In this document: in pieces, positions 19,017 to 27,695 of the stretch
How the letters are laid out: each line of letters starts with the position of its first letter
Numbering within the stretch: position 1 is the stretch's first letter
Source of the DNA: a virus
Taxonomy: Duplodnaviria; Caudoviricetes
Virus record (IMG/VR): IMGVR_UViG_3300048851_000056
Coordinates: 1 to 36,372 of that record
DNA: 36,372 nt
Direction: 5' to 3' (one strand)
Made by a program: the position numbers and the translations under genes
The notes under the pieces: model-generated
Told to the model about the DNA's origin: nothing
Databases searched by the model: none
What the model saw: only the letters and a program-made list of their open reading frames with translations

Positions 19017-19023
19017 GTCGGGC

Positions 19024-19052
19024 AATGTAGCGCGGCGGTTCCCCGCTGTCTA
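19024..19052 (-). promoter_or_regulatory. leftward sigma70-type promoter of the repressor
   Basis: Minus strand TAGACA-17 nt-TACATT, then 7 nt to ATG (leaderless geometry). Confidence 0.7.
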
Positions 19053-19072
19053 CAAGTTGAGAGATATCCACA

Positions 19073-19109
19073 AATAGTCCGTTTTGTCCGGAATGTCGTG
19101 TATTGTCTC
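19073..19109 (+). promoter_or_regulatory. rightward early promoter region overlaid with phased 9-bp direct repeats
   Basis: AATAGTCCG/TTTTGTCCG/GAATGTCGT/TATTGTCTC; candidate -10 TATTGT at 19101-19106, 7 nt before ATG 19114. Confidence 0.55.
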
Positions 19110-19113
19110 TGCT

Positions 19114-19275
19114 ATGGCAACAACGACAGAACAGGGACCGACCTGCAGCGACTGCTGGAAGGCGGCGCGGACCCCCGTCGAGCTTCGCGACGTAGACGGC
19201 GCCACTCGCATCGTCTGCGAGATTCACACCCTTAGCGGTCTGGAACTGCTTGCGCGAGTCGAGGCGGGGCTGTGA
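19114..19275 (+). CDS. small Zn-ribbon protein
   Basis: CSDC...CEIH, 53 aa; GTGA coupling to next gene. Confidence 0.6.
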   Translation: MATTTEQGPTCSDCWKAARTPVELRDVDGATRIVCEIHTLSGLELLARVEAGL

Positions 19276-19466
19276 CCGACGGTCCCGACGTGCAGCAGTT
19301 CATGCCCCCCCGCGAGGTGGCCGCGCTGCTGGGCGTCACAACGCAGACCGTCGGCCGCTGGGCGGAGGCGGGACGGATCCCGTCCGTGCGACTCCCATCC
19401 GGGCATCGTCGCTACGCAGCGGCCGATGTGCATGCACTGGTCGAAGCCTCGACCACCACTCCCTAG
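19272..19466 (+). CDS. BldC/Xis-like (MerR-type) winged HTH DNA-binding protein
   Basis: PREVAALLGVTTQTVGRWAEAGRIPSVRLPSGHRRY closely follows the BldC-family pattern. Confidence 0.85.
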   Translation: MTDGPDVQQFMPPREVAALLGVTTQTVGRWAEAGRIPSVRLPSGHRRYAAADVHALVEASTTTP

Positions 19467-19504
19467 CACCACACACTCCCCGAAACACACGAAGGACAGG
19501 ACAC

Positions 19505-19801
19505 ATGGCACAGGTGCCGAACATCATCCGACCGACCGATTTTCCGGTGGTCGTGACGCTCCCGAAGAGGTTCTACGAGGATCACGTCGGGAGGGATCTG
19601 CCGGCGGGAACGCTGGTGGCCGAGAATCCGCAGTCGGTGACGGTGTCGCTCGACGCGGCGGGGTGGGATGACCTCGTCGCGGATGCGAAGCACTACGTCA
19701 CCGGGTTCGACGGGGAGCCGATGCGGAACTACGTCGGGTTGATCTCGTCGGCGCGGGCGACGCTGAAGCGTCTCTCTGCAGTGTCGGGGGGTGGGCGCTG
19801 A
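19505..19801 (+). CDS. hypothetical protein
   Basis: RBS GAAGGACAGGA; TGATG coupling. Confidence 0.65.
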   Translation: MAQVPNIIRPTDFPVVVTLPKRFYEDHVGRDLPAGTLVAENPQSVTVSLDAAGWDDLVADAKHYVTGFDGEPMRNYVGLISSARATLKRLSAVSGGGR

Positions 19802-20112
19802 TGGCTCGCGACTTCCCGCTGACGGCGGATCCGGCGACGGTGGAGCGGGCGCAGCATGCGCTGCACGCGTTGGGCGACGGGAACCTCGGCATCGACCCGG
19901 GCCGATTCGTTCTCGCGCTGTACGCGGCGTACCGGGCCGGAGATCCGGAGAACCGGACGAAGCTGCAGGTCGCATTCCCGGAGATCCTCGAACCGTACCG
20001 GCTGGGCATGTTCACGGTCGACGGTGTCGAGGAGCTGCGCCGGTTCGTGAAGGATGCGCAGTCCGAGTGGCTCGCGCTGTTCGGGCGGCGTGCGCAGGAC
20101 GGCGCCGCGTGA
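19801..20112 (+). CDS. hypothetical protein
   Basis: 103 aa, coupled on both sides; AD..N..KL..AFPE-type motif. Confidence 0.65.
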   Translation: MARDFPLTADPATVERAQHALHALGDGNLGIDPGRFVLALYAAYRAGDPENRTKLQVAFPEILEPYRLGMFTVDGVEELRRFVKDAQSEWLALFGRRAQDGAA

Positions 20113-20231
20113 TGCGGGCGCTGCTGTTGGTCCTCGAAGTCGTGTGCGACTTCCGGGGGCACAAGTGGGGACCCGAGGTGTCCCCGTTCGTTATTCAGTG
20201 CAAGCGATGCAAGCGAAAGGGGATCCTCTGA
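20112..20231 (+). CDS. small Zn-binding protein (CxxxGHxW...CKRC)
   Basis: 39 aa, TGATG overlaps at both ends. Confidence 0.55.
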   Translation: MRALLLVLEVVCDFRGHKWGPEVSPFVIQCKRCKRKGIL

Positions 20232-20470
20232 TGTTGGAGACGGTGCGACAGATCAGCGGCGACGAGACGCCGCTGTGGGTGCTGGGGTGGGTGGCGATCG
20301 GGGTGCTGCTGTTGCTGCTCGTGATCGTGCTCGTGAACCGGTGGATCGAGTTGACGGCGCCGGAGGGCGAACCGGAGGCGTCGGCGTTGGATCGTCGGGA
20401 CTGGCGGACGTCTGACGAGCGGTGGGACGAGTTCGACCGTTCGCAGGGCCGGGAGTCGGACCGTGGCTAA
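20231..20470 (+). CDS. single-TM membrane protein
   Basis: LWVLGWVAIGVLLLLLVIVLV segment; coupled start. Confidence 0.65.
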   Translation: MLETVRQISGDETPLWVLGWVAIGVLLLLLVIVLVNRWIELTAPEGEPEASALDRRDWRTSDERWDEFDRSQGRESDRG

Positions 20471-20786
20471 GGATCAGCGCACGAGGGCGGTGTGCGCGCA
20501 CTGCGGGCAGCCGATCTTTCGGGTATCGGAGAGTCATCAGTGGCGGCACGAGGGGCAGAATCCGGAGCGTCGAGACGTGATGGGTCACCGGGAGAACCCC
20601 CGGTGGTGTTCGAGTGGCGAGGAGTTCGCGGAGCCGCTCCCGGATTTCGAGGCGCTGCTCCGCGAGGCGGTGGAGTTGCTGCAGGACGCGAGTCCGAAGA
20701 CGCATGATCCGGGGCTGCGTCGGTCCTGGGGGCAGCGTAGGCGGCGGCTGGTGGATCGGATCACGGAGGCGATGGATCGTGGCTGA
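20463..20786 (+). CDS. hypothetical protein (CAHCGQPI...WRH Zn motif)
   Basis: 8-bp overlap junction CGTGGCTAA. Confidence 0.6.
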   Translation: MAKDQRTRAVCAHCGQPIFRVSESHQWRHEGQNPERRDVMGHRENPRWCSSGEEFAEPLPDFEALLREAVELLQDASPKTHDPGLRRSWGQRRRRLVDRITEAMDRG

Positions 20787-20931
20787 CGCGGCGTGTATGC
20801 AGTGCGGTGCGGTCCCGACGATGATTCACACCGCGACGGGGTTCCTCTATTGCGACGCGTGCGCTCGGGAGAACGGGGCCGGGTCGGTGCCTAGTGGCTG
20901 GGCGGCGTGGAAGGGGTCGAACCGTGGCTGA
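20779..20931 (+). CDS. small Zn-finger protein
   Basis: CMQC...YCDAC; 8-bp overlap junctions at both ends. Confidence 0.55.
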   Translation: MADAACMQCGAVPTMIHTATGFLYCDACARENGAGSVPSGWAAWKGSNRG

Positions 20932-21277
20932 CGTCGAGGAGCCGAAGGTCGATCTGCGGTGGGAGATCGCGACCGAGATCGCGGACTTTCAGGATTCGGC
21001 GTACGGGTACCGGATGGGGATGCAGGACGCGCTGCGGGTGGCTGATCTGCTGCTCGGGTCGGAGACGTTGCAGGATCTGCTGCGGAAGCACGACGCGCAG
21101 GTCGGCGCCGAAGCCGTCAAGCGGTTCGTCAATGAGCAGTCGGTGCGTTACCGGAAGCACTCGGGCCGCGCGGTCGTGGAGGACTACGCGCTTGCGGTGG
21201 AGTTGTTCGGGATCGACCCGGACGCGGAGGACACAGGGTGGGGCGAAGCGATGCGGGAGGAGACGAACCGTGGCTGA
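20924..21277 (+). CDS. hypothetical protein
   Basis: GTG start in CGTGGCTGA junction; GC3-rich codon usage. Confidence 0.6.
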   Translation: MADVEEPKVDLRWEIATEIADFQDSAYGYRMGMQDALRVADLLLGSETLQDLLRKHDAQVGAEAVKRFVNEQSVRYRKHSGRAVVEDYALAVELFGIDPDAEDTGWGEAMREETNRG

Positions 21278-21617
21278 TGTGCAGGAGCCGACGGGACCGT
21301 CGTCGGAGCGGCCGCTGCCGGTGTCGGACGTCGCTGCGATGCTGTCGAAGTTGGACGAGTCGTTGCAGCCGGGGTGCGGCTGGCCGGAGTGCCCGGGGGT
21401 CGCGGAGTGGTTCTTCCGCTGCCGGGTGTGTACGGAGATCCTCGATTTCGCGGTGTTCTGCGCTCCGCACGTGTCGGTGTACGCACGGGCGAAGCGGGCG
21501 GAGGTGACGACTCGTGGGGTCGAGCATCCGATGCGGCATGACTGCGGGGAGCGGGGCTGGTTCCCGGTGTTGTTCTACGCGGAGCAGATCCCGGGGGTTC
21601 ACTCGTGCGGTTCGTAG
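21270..21617 (+). CDS. Cys-rich hypothetical protein
   Basis: CGWPEC, CRVC, FCAPH, HDCG motifs. Confidence 0.6.
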   Translation: MADVQEPTGPSSERPLPVSDVAAMLSKLDESLQPGCGWPECPGVAEWFFRCRVCTEILDFAVFCAPHVSVYARAKRAEVTTRGVEHPMRHDCGERGWFPVLFYAEQIPGVHSCGS

Positions 21618-22051
21618 TCGAGGGCACGCCGGCGCCGCAGGGGTCGAAGAAAGCGTTCGTGGTGAAGGGTCCGAAGGGTCCGCGTGCGGTGCTGATCGAC
21701 GACGACAAGCAGGCGCTGAAGGTGTGGCGGAAGCTGGTCGAGGTCGCGGCGTTGCAGGCGATGCTGCACCCGATTAGTCCCTTTCGACCAATTCCGGCGC
21801 AGGTGGCCGTAAAGGTCGAGATCGAGTTCCGGGTGCTGCGGCCGGCGTCGGTGTCGGAGGATGCGCGTCCGTTCCCCTCGGTGCGACCGGACGTCGATAA
21901 GTACGCTCGCGCGGCGCTCGATGCGCTGACGACGGCGGGGATTTACACAGACGACGGGCAGGTCGTCGATCTGCACGTGACGAAGGTCTATGCCGATGCC
22001 GCGGGCGCGGCTGTCGGTGTGTGGGAGTTCGAGAAGGGAACGACGGAATGA
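21605..22051 (+). CDS. rusA: RusA-like Holliday junction resolvase
   Basis: GTPAPQGSK and RPDVDKYARAALDALTTAGIYTDDGQVVDL signatures. Confidence 0.92.
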   Translation: MRFVVEGTPAPQGSKKAFVVKGPKGPRAVLIDDDKQALKVWRKLVEVAALQAMLHPISPFRPIPAQVAVKVEIEFRVLRPASVSEDARPFPSVRPDVDKYARAALDALTTAGIYTDDGQVVDLHVTKVYADAAGAAVGVWEFEKGTTE

Positions 22052-23049
22052 GCATGACGATCGAGGGTGTCCGGGCTGTGCCGGTCGCGGCGTACGAGGA
22101 CAAGGAAGCGTGGCTGGCAGCGCGCCGGCCGGGTGTGACGGCGACGGAGGCTGCGAAGCTGGCGCGCAGTGGTGCCGGGTTCCGGGCGACGTTGCTGCGG
22201 GAGAAGCTGTCCGGGGTGGAGTCGTTCCGGGGGAACGTGTACACACGGCACGGGAAGGAACGGGAGCCGATTCTCGCGGCGTGGGCGGAGGCGAAGCACA
22301 AGCTGCGCACGAACTCGTGGCTGTACGCGCACCCGGACAACCCGAGGCACCTGGCGACGCCGGATGCGATCAGCTCGCAGTTCGACTTCGACGAGGCGCT
22401 CGGGGAGATCAAGACGACGAATAAGCCGTTCCCGAAGGTGCCGCCGCTGTACTACGACCAGATGCAGTGGCAGGCGTACGTGATGGGCGCGGCGGGCGTG
22501 TGGTTCATCTGGGAGCAGCACGTCGACTTTCAGCCGGTGGGCATCGAGCCGGTGTCGGTGTGGGTGCGCCGGGATCAGGCGCGCATCGACGAGCTCGTGA
22601 AGGTCGTCGACGAGTTCCTGCTGATGCTGGACGGGGAGGCGCCGATCGACCCGGAGATCGACGAGTGGGGTGCGGAGTACACGGCCGCGCAGCAGGAGGA
22701 GAAGCAGGCGGCCGCGCGGAAGAAAGCGGCCGGGGAGCAGTTGCGTCTGCGGATCGGTGATCGGCCGGAGTTGAAGCAGGCGGGGCTGTACGCGAACGTC
22801 ACTTTCACGACGTCGCCGGTGGTCGAGGAGGAGGTCGAGGTCGTCACGTTCGACGTGGACACGTTCCGGGTGACGCATCCGCGGCTGTTCAAGCGGTTCG
22901 GGAAGGTGACGACGGAGACGCGCAGGAGCGGCGGGAACTCGACGCTGCGGGTGACGGTGCCGAAGTTGGTGCAGGTCGCGGTCGAGGACGGCGAACTGGT
23001 GGAAGTCGAGGGCGCAGACGCGGGCCTCGGAACGAACGAAGGGAACTAG
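22048..23049 (+). CDS. YqaJ/lambda-exonuclease family recombination nuclease
   Basis: WLAARRPGVTATE, ATPDA, EIKTT and YYDQMQWQ motifs. Confidence 0.9.
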   Translation: MSMTIEGVRAVPVAAYEDKEAWLAARRPGVTATEAAKLARSGAGFRATLLREKLSGVESFRGNVYTRHGKEREPILAAWAEAKHKLRTNSWLYAHPDNPRHLATPDAISSQFDFDEALGEIKTTNKPFPKVPPLYYDQMQWQAYVMGAAGVWFIWEQHVDFQPVGIEPVSVWVRRDQARIDELVKVVDEFLLMLDGEAPIDPEIDEWGAEYTAAQQEEKQAAARKKAAGEQLRLRIGDRPELKQAGLYANVTFTTSPVVEEEVEVVTFDVDTFRVTHPRLFKRFGKVTTETRRSGGNSTLRVTVPKLVQVAVEDGELVEVEGADAGLGTNEGN

Positions 23050-23053
23050 GACG

Positions 23054-24181
23054 ATGGCACTCAAAAAGCGGAAGCCGAACGGACAGGCATCGTGGCCGAC
23101 GACGCTGCTCGCGGGCAAGCAGGGGTCGGGGAAGTCGTACGGCATCGCGCTCGCGTCGGCGTCGCCGCGGATCGGGCAGACGTTGTGGATCCCGATCGGG
23201 GAGCGTGACCCGGAGGAGTTCGCGCTCGTCCGGGACGCGGAGGGGAACCCGGCACGGTTCGAGATCGTCGAGCACGATGGCACCTATGCGTCGATCCTGC
23301 AGGCTGTGCGGGACGCGGTCGCGGAGCCGACGGTCGACGGGAAGCCGAACCTGATCGCGGTGGACAGCATGACGCGGCTCTGGATGCTGATTCAGGAGAA
23401 CGCGCAGGCGACGGCGAACCGGCGGGCGAAGACGATCCGGAACCCGCAGACGGGTGATTTCAGCATCACCGCGGATCTGTGGAACGAGGCGGCGTCGCAG
23501 TGGTCGAAGGTCATCACGCCGCTGCTGACGCATCAGGGGCCGGTGATCTTCACGGCTCGTCTCGACGAGGTCGCGGTGATGGAGAACGGGGCGCCGACGC
23601 CGCAGAAGACGTGGAAGGTGCAGGCGCACAAGTCGCTGCCGTTCGACGTCGACGCGGAGGTGCACATGTACTCGCGGGGCGAGTTCGTGCTGAACATGCT
23701 GAAGTCGGTCGCGAACCCTCTCGATCGTCCGCGGCCGGTCCCGGATTTCACGGTCCCGTGGCTGTGGGAGCAGATCGGGGTGGAGGGCATGGGCGGGGTT
23801 CGTCGGGTGTCGCAGACGAGGACGGACGAGTCGGCGGCGCCGGCACAGCGGCCGGCGGGTGTGCCGCGGCCGCAGCAGCCGCCGCAGCCGAAGGTGCGGG
23901 CGAAGCCGTCGGGCCGGAAGTGGGTTGAGGAGGGTCGCGCGGCGAAGACGAAGGAACAGCTCCGGCTGGTGTTCCTGGCGTGCCGGGATGCGGGGGAGCT
24001 GTCGGCGGAGGTTGAGGCGGATCTGATGAAGATCGCGGCGACGCTGCCGGAGGAGGAGTCGGGGGAGTGGGCGGAGGCGAAGCCGGCGGGCACGGCGTGG
24101 ACCGAGCCTGCGGCCGAGGAGAAGCCGGCCGAGGATCCGGCGCCGGTCGACGAGCAGTCGAAGGTCGAGGCGACGTCGTGA
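23054..24181 (+). CDS. AAA/RecA-fold ATPase, Sak4-like annealing protein
   Basis: Walker A GKQGSGKS, Walker B LIAVDS; directly after the exonuclease; low-complexity C-terminus. Confidence 0.75.
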   Translation: MALKKRKPNGQASWPTTLLAGKQGSGKSYGIALASASPRIGQTLWIPIGERDPEEFALVRDAEGNPARFEIVEHDGTYASILQAVRDAVAEPTVDGKPNLIAVDSMTRLWMLIQENAQATANRRAKTIRNPQTGDFSITADLWNEAASQWSKVITPLLTHQGPVIFTARLDEVAVMENGAPTPQKTWKVQAHKSLPFDVDAEVHMYSRGEFVLNMLKSVANPLDRPRPVPDFTVPWLWEQIGVEGMGGVRRVSQTRTDESAAPAQRPAGVPRPQQPPQPKVRAKPSGRKWVEEGRAAKTKEQLRLVFLACRDAGELSAEVEADLMKIAATLPEEESGEWAEAKPAGTAWTEPAAEEKPAEDPAPVDEQSKVEATS

Positions 24182-24495
24182 CCGCGGGGACTGAGCGCGT
24201 CGATCACGCCGGTTACGCTGCGCACTACGAGAAGGAGGCGCTGCGCACGATCGGCGCAGCGAACGACCTGCCGTTGGAGTACGCGTCGGCGAAGATGGCG
24301 GAGGCGTCGGCGGCTGCGTATCTCGCGCAGGTGCACGCGACGCTCGCGCTCGTGGAGCAGCAGCGGCTCGGGAACCTGATCGCGTTCGCTCGTGAAGCGT
24401 TCCGGCCGGAGTGGGCGGGGTACACGATCAGCGAACAGGACGGGGCACGTGGCCATGCTGCGCTTGCGCAGGCTCGGGAAGGTCTGGGGCTGTGA
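24178..24495 (+). CDS. hypothetical protein
   Basis: GTGA coupling; AQVHATLALVEQQRLGNLIA helix motif. Confidence 0.65.
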   Translation: MTAGTERVDHAGYAAHYEKEALRTIGAANDLPLEYASAKMAEASAAAYLAQVHATLALVEQQRLGNLIAFAREAFRPEWAGYTISEQDGARGHAALAQAREGLGL

Positions 24496-24794
24496 CCGCG
24501 GCGGAGACGATCGAGCAGGCGATCGCGCGGCTGGAGGAGCAGCGGGGCGCGGCGATGGTTGGGCCGTGGGTGCAGGGCGGGTTCGCGGGCGAGTTCTCGG
24601 GACCGGACGACTTCGATTCGCTGTTCTCGGAGGAGAACGCGGACCTCGTCGTGACCCTGCACCGGACGATCGACGCGCAGCTCGGGATCCTGCGGGCGGG
24701 CCTCGCGTCAATCTCGCCGGGTGACGACTCGACGGAGGAGATCGAGGAGCTCGCGCTCGACCTCGCGCGGGCGATCCTCGGGGAGACGTCATGA
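24492..24794 (+). CDS. hypothetical protein
   Basis: GTGA coupling; GPW...NADLVVTLHRTIDAQL. Confidence 0.6.
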   Translation: MTAAETIEQAIARLEEQRGAAMVGPWVQGGFAGEFSGPDDFDSLFSEENADLVVTLHRTIDAQLGILRAGLASISPGDDSTEEIEELALDLARAILGETS

Positions 24795-25276
24795 TCGACC
24801 CGGGGACGGGGGAGATCCTCGTCGATGAGGAGTCCGGGGAGGAGATCCGGGAGCCGGGGGAGATCGAGGCGGCGGCGGAGACGATCCGGGTGCGGTTGAC
24901 GAAGACTCCGGTGCCGAATCAGATCAAGACACCGGATGACGTGATCTCCGATTTGGAGTGGGCGAAGCATCTCGCGGCGGAGGCTGTGGTCGTGATCCGG
25001 GACGCTAACCGGACGCGGCGGACGATCATGCGTTTGTGGGATCGGCGGTCGTCGGTGGCGATGAAGGATTCGACGGCGAAAGCGGCGGACGAGCGGGCCG
25101 CGGAGGTTCGGGTGCGGTTGGAACCGTATTGGCTGATGGTCGATGCGGCGGAGGTGGCGCTCGATTACGCGGTGCGGGTGTCGAAGTCGATCGAGTTGTC
25201 GGCGTCGGTTGTGCAGACGCAGTCGAAGATGGTTGAGGCGACGTATCGTCTCGCGGGAAACGGAAGGACAAGCTGA
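24791..25276 (+). CDS. coiled-coil hypothetical protein with N-terminal DPxTGEI-type repeats
   Basis: 161 aa; IDPGTGEIL/VDEESGEEI/REPGEIE. Confidence 0.65.
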   Translation: MIDPGTGEILVDEESGEEIREPGEIEAAAETIRVRLTKTPVPNQIKTPDDVISDLEWAKHLAAEAVVVIRDANRTRRTIMRLWDRRSSVAMKDSTAKAADERAAEVRVRLEPYWLMVDAAEVALDYAVRVSKSIELSASVVQTQSKMVEATYRLAGNGRTS

Positions 25277-25692
25277 TGGGCACGGAAGACGCGGGGGACA
25301 CCCGCACGAACGCGGAGATCATCTCGGAGGCGCAGGGGTGGCAGGTCGACGGTGAGGCGGCGGCCGCAGCGTTGGCTGCTGCTGGTCGGTTCCGGGACAG
25401 CAAGATGCCGAAGTGCGACGGCGGGTGCAACTTCGACACGGGGCCGGAGGAAACGTGCTCGGCGCACGGGCGGCCGGTGGCGGAGGTGTGGCAGATCGCG
25501 GGCGACGCGATCGAGCGGGCGAACGCGGCAGATCGTTTGGTTCGGGCGCTGCGGGAGGAGATTCATCACGCGGCTGACAACGGGCACGTGCTCGATCGGG
25601 CCTCGCAGGGTGTCGGTCCGGGCGAACTCGTGCCGGCGGTGCGGGTGTCGTCGATCGAGGCGGCGATCGAGGGATTCGAGGCGACGTCGTGA
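25276..25692 (+). CDS. hypothetical protein (CxxxC...CSAHGR motif)
   Basis: TGATG coupling, RBS GGAAGGA. Confidence 0.6.
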   Translation: MGTEDAGDTRTNAEIISEAQGWQVDGEAAAAALAAAGRFRDSKMPKCDGGCNFDTGPEETCSAHGRPVAEVWQIAGDAIERANAADRLVRALREEIHHAADNGHVLDRASQGVGPGELVPAVRVSSIEAAIEGFEATS

Positions 25693-26549
25693 ACGCGCTC
25701 GGCTCGTCTGTGATGGGCGACGATGATGTTCCGCACGGGACGCGGGAGGGATGGTTCGCGGGGTGCCGGGGGTCGTCGTGTCCTTCGGCTGCGCAGGGCC
25801 TGTCGTGCACGACGGCGCACCGTCGGTATGCGGGGGAGTGGGAGTTCCGGAAGCGGGTTGATGCGGGGATGACGCCGGCGCAGATCGTCGCGTCGGATGG
25901 CGGGGCGGAGGTGGTGGCGAAGCCGAAGCCGGTGAAGCGGCAGAAGCGGGCGCAGGATCTCGGGTCGTCGCGCCCGCACACGCTGCGGGATCTCGCGGAG
26001 ACTGCGGCGATCGTCGAGGCGGCGGACGAGGTGTCGATCGAGGTCGTGCCGGATCCGTCGAAGTTCCTCGCGTCACTCGCCTCGATCGACGCGAAGTCGA
26101 TCGGGGAGCAGGTGCAGGCGTTGCTTGCCGCGGTGCCTGCTCCGGTGTCGTTGCAGGTGCCGGAGGTGTGGCGGGTGTCGGACGGGCCGGCGTTCGAGGT
26201 CGCGGAGAAGGTGGACCCGGAATCGGTCGCGGCTGGCGCTGTGGGCGCCGCTGTGCCTGCAGATAGTCCGATTCGTCCGGATGTATCCCCCCGATCGATT
26301 TCGGGCGCGTACGAGGCGTACAGCGACGCGGGGCAACGGGAAGCGGCCGCGGCTCTGGCGAAGTTCGGTGCACGTCGGGTCGCGGCGTGGGCGGAGATCG
26401 AGGCTGTGCGGGAGCCGTCGAACGTGCTGATCCTGCGGCTCGTCGAGCTGGGGATGCCGCAGCACGAGGTCGCGGAGCTCGCGGGGATCTCGCAGGCGTC
26501 GGTGAACGCGCTCGTGAAGACGAGCAGAACGAAGGGGGGCCGGAAGTGA
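25689..26549 (+). CDS. Zn-finger plus C-terminal HTH DNA-binding protein
   Basis: HGTREGWFAGCR..C motif; GMPQHEVAELAGISQASVNALV HTH. Confidence 0.7.
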   Translation: MNALGSSVMGDDDVPHGTREGWFAGCRGSSCPSAAQGLSCTTAHRRYAGEWEFRKRVDAGMTPAQIVASDGGAEVVAKPKPVKRQKRAQDLGSSRPHTLRDLAETAAIVEAADEVSIEVVPDPSKFLASLASIDAKSIGEQVQALLAAVPAPVSLQVPEVWRVSDGPAFEVAEKVDPESVAAGAVGAAVPADSPIRPDVSPRSISGAYEAYSDAGQREAAAALAKFGARRVAAWAEIEAVREPSNVLILRLVELGMPQHEVAELAGISQASVNALVKTSRTKGGRK

Positions 26550-27145
26550 CGGAGCAGAGGGTCTGCGCAGGGGACTGCAAGCGTCCGCTGCGGGCGCGTC
26601 GGCAGACGTTGGAGCAGAAGCCGGGGACGGTGCAGGTCATGGGCCGGGGCATGTGCTCGCGCTGCTACGTCCGCGCGTACCGTGCGGGGGTGCTCGACGA
26701 CCTCGCAGAGGTGCAGCCGACGGTGTCGTTCGTGCGGTATTTCCCGGACGGGGACACGTTCGGGCACGAGCTGGTGCGCGGGAAGCTGGTCGCGAAGGAC
26801 CGCACCTCGTGGACTGTCGACGTTCCGCTCGTGGGGGAGCGTGTGCTGTCTCGCGAGGTGTGGAACGTGACCGTCGAGGATGACGACGACGCCGGCGCCT
26901 CGGTCGCTGCGGTGCAGTCGCTGTCCGACGTCGATCACGCTGCGGTGGCGCAGGCGATCGAGGGCGTGAAGGTGCGGCTGACGTATCCGGAGCGGATCGA
27001 GGTCGTGCGGGCGTTGGCGGCGCTGAACTGGTCGGACACGGAGATCGGCGGACGTCTGGGCGCGGATAAGAAGACGGTGCAGAGGCTGCGGGCGCGCGCT
27101 TGCATCCCTGCGGGCATCGATCAGGTGCAGCGGGTCGCATCGTGA
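26546..27145 (+). CDS. Zn-finger plus HTH DNA-binding protein
   Basis: CAGDC...GRGMCSRCY; LTYPER...WSDTEIGGRLGADKKTVQRLR HTH. Confidence 0.7.
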   Translation: MTEQRVCAGDCKRPLRARRQTLEQKPGTVQVMGRGMCSRCYVRAYRAGVLDDLAEVQPTVSFVRYFPDGDTFGHELVRGKLVAKDRTSWTVDVPLVGERVLSREVWNVTVEDDDDAGASVAAVQSLSDVDHAAVAQAIEGVKVRLTYPERIEVVRALAALNWSDTEIGGRLGADKKTVQRLRARACIPAGIDQVQRVAS

Positions 27146-27549
27146 CCGCACCGACGGAGCGTGTGCGGCAGGGCACGTATCGGCGTGACGGGTTCCGGTG
27201 CGCGGACTGCGGTACGACGGAGGGTCTGTCGTGGCAGCACCGGGAGTCGTCGGGGCACGGGGGCCGCGGGAAGCGTGCGCCGAAGCTGACGCCGGCGGAC
27301 GGGGTGACCCTGTGTCTGCCGCACAATCAGGCGTGTGAGGCGGAGGGGCAGGAGAGGGCGCTGCACCTCGGGTGGAAGCTGCGTCGGTTCCGGGGCGGGA
27401 TCGAGGCGGCCGAGGTGCCGTTCTACGTTCGGTGGTCGGGGCAGTGGCTGCTCCCGGATATGTCCGGGGGCGGGCGGCGGATCTCGCCGGTCGAGGCGCG
27501 GGAGATGCTCGCGGCGGCGGGCGCGTTCACGACGAAGGGCGCAAAGTGA
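27142..27549 (+). CDS. HNH-like endonuclease
   Basis: RDGFRCADCG...QHRE..GHGG...TLCLPHN. Confidence 0.72.
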   Translation: MTAPTERVRQGTYRRDGFRCADCGTTEGLSWQHRESSGHGGRGKRAPKLTPADGVTLCLPHNQACEAEGQERALHLGWKLRRFRGGIEAAEVPFYVRWSGQWLLPDMSGGGRRISPVEAREMLAAAGAFTTKGAK

Positions 27550-27695
27550 TCGACCGGGCGTTGCTACTCGGGGAGCTGCGGAAGTGGCGGGAGCATGGCG
27601 ACATACTCGTGCACTCGGTCGCGGCGGGCCTGATCACACGAATCGAGCGCGGCGACTTCGACGTCGTCGCGGAGGAACGGAAGGACAAGCAGTGA
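27546..27695 (+). CDS. small hypothetical protein
   Basis: 49 aa, GTGA coupling at both ends. Confidence 0.55.
   Translation: MIDRALLLGELRKWREHGDILVHSVAAGLITRIERGDFDVVAEERKDKQ

Noticed and set aside
27142-27549. HNH as a mobile homing endonuclease or RNA-guided nuclease
   Set aside because: Short, translationally coupled, no intron, RuvC motifs or adjacent ncRNA
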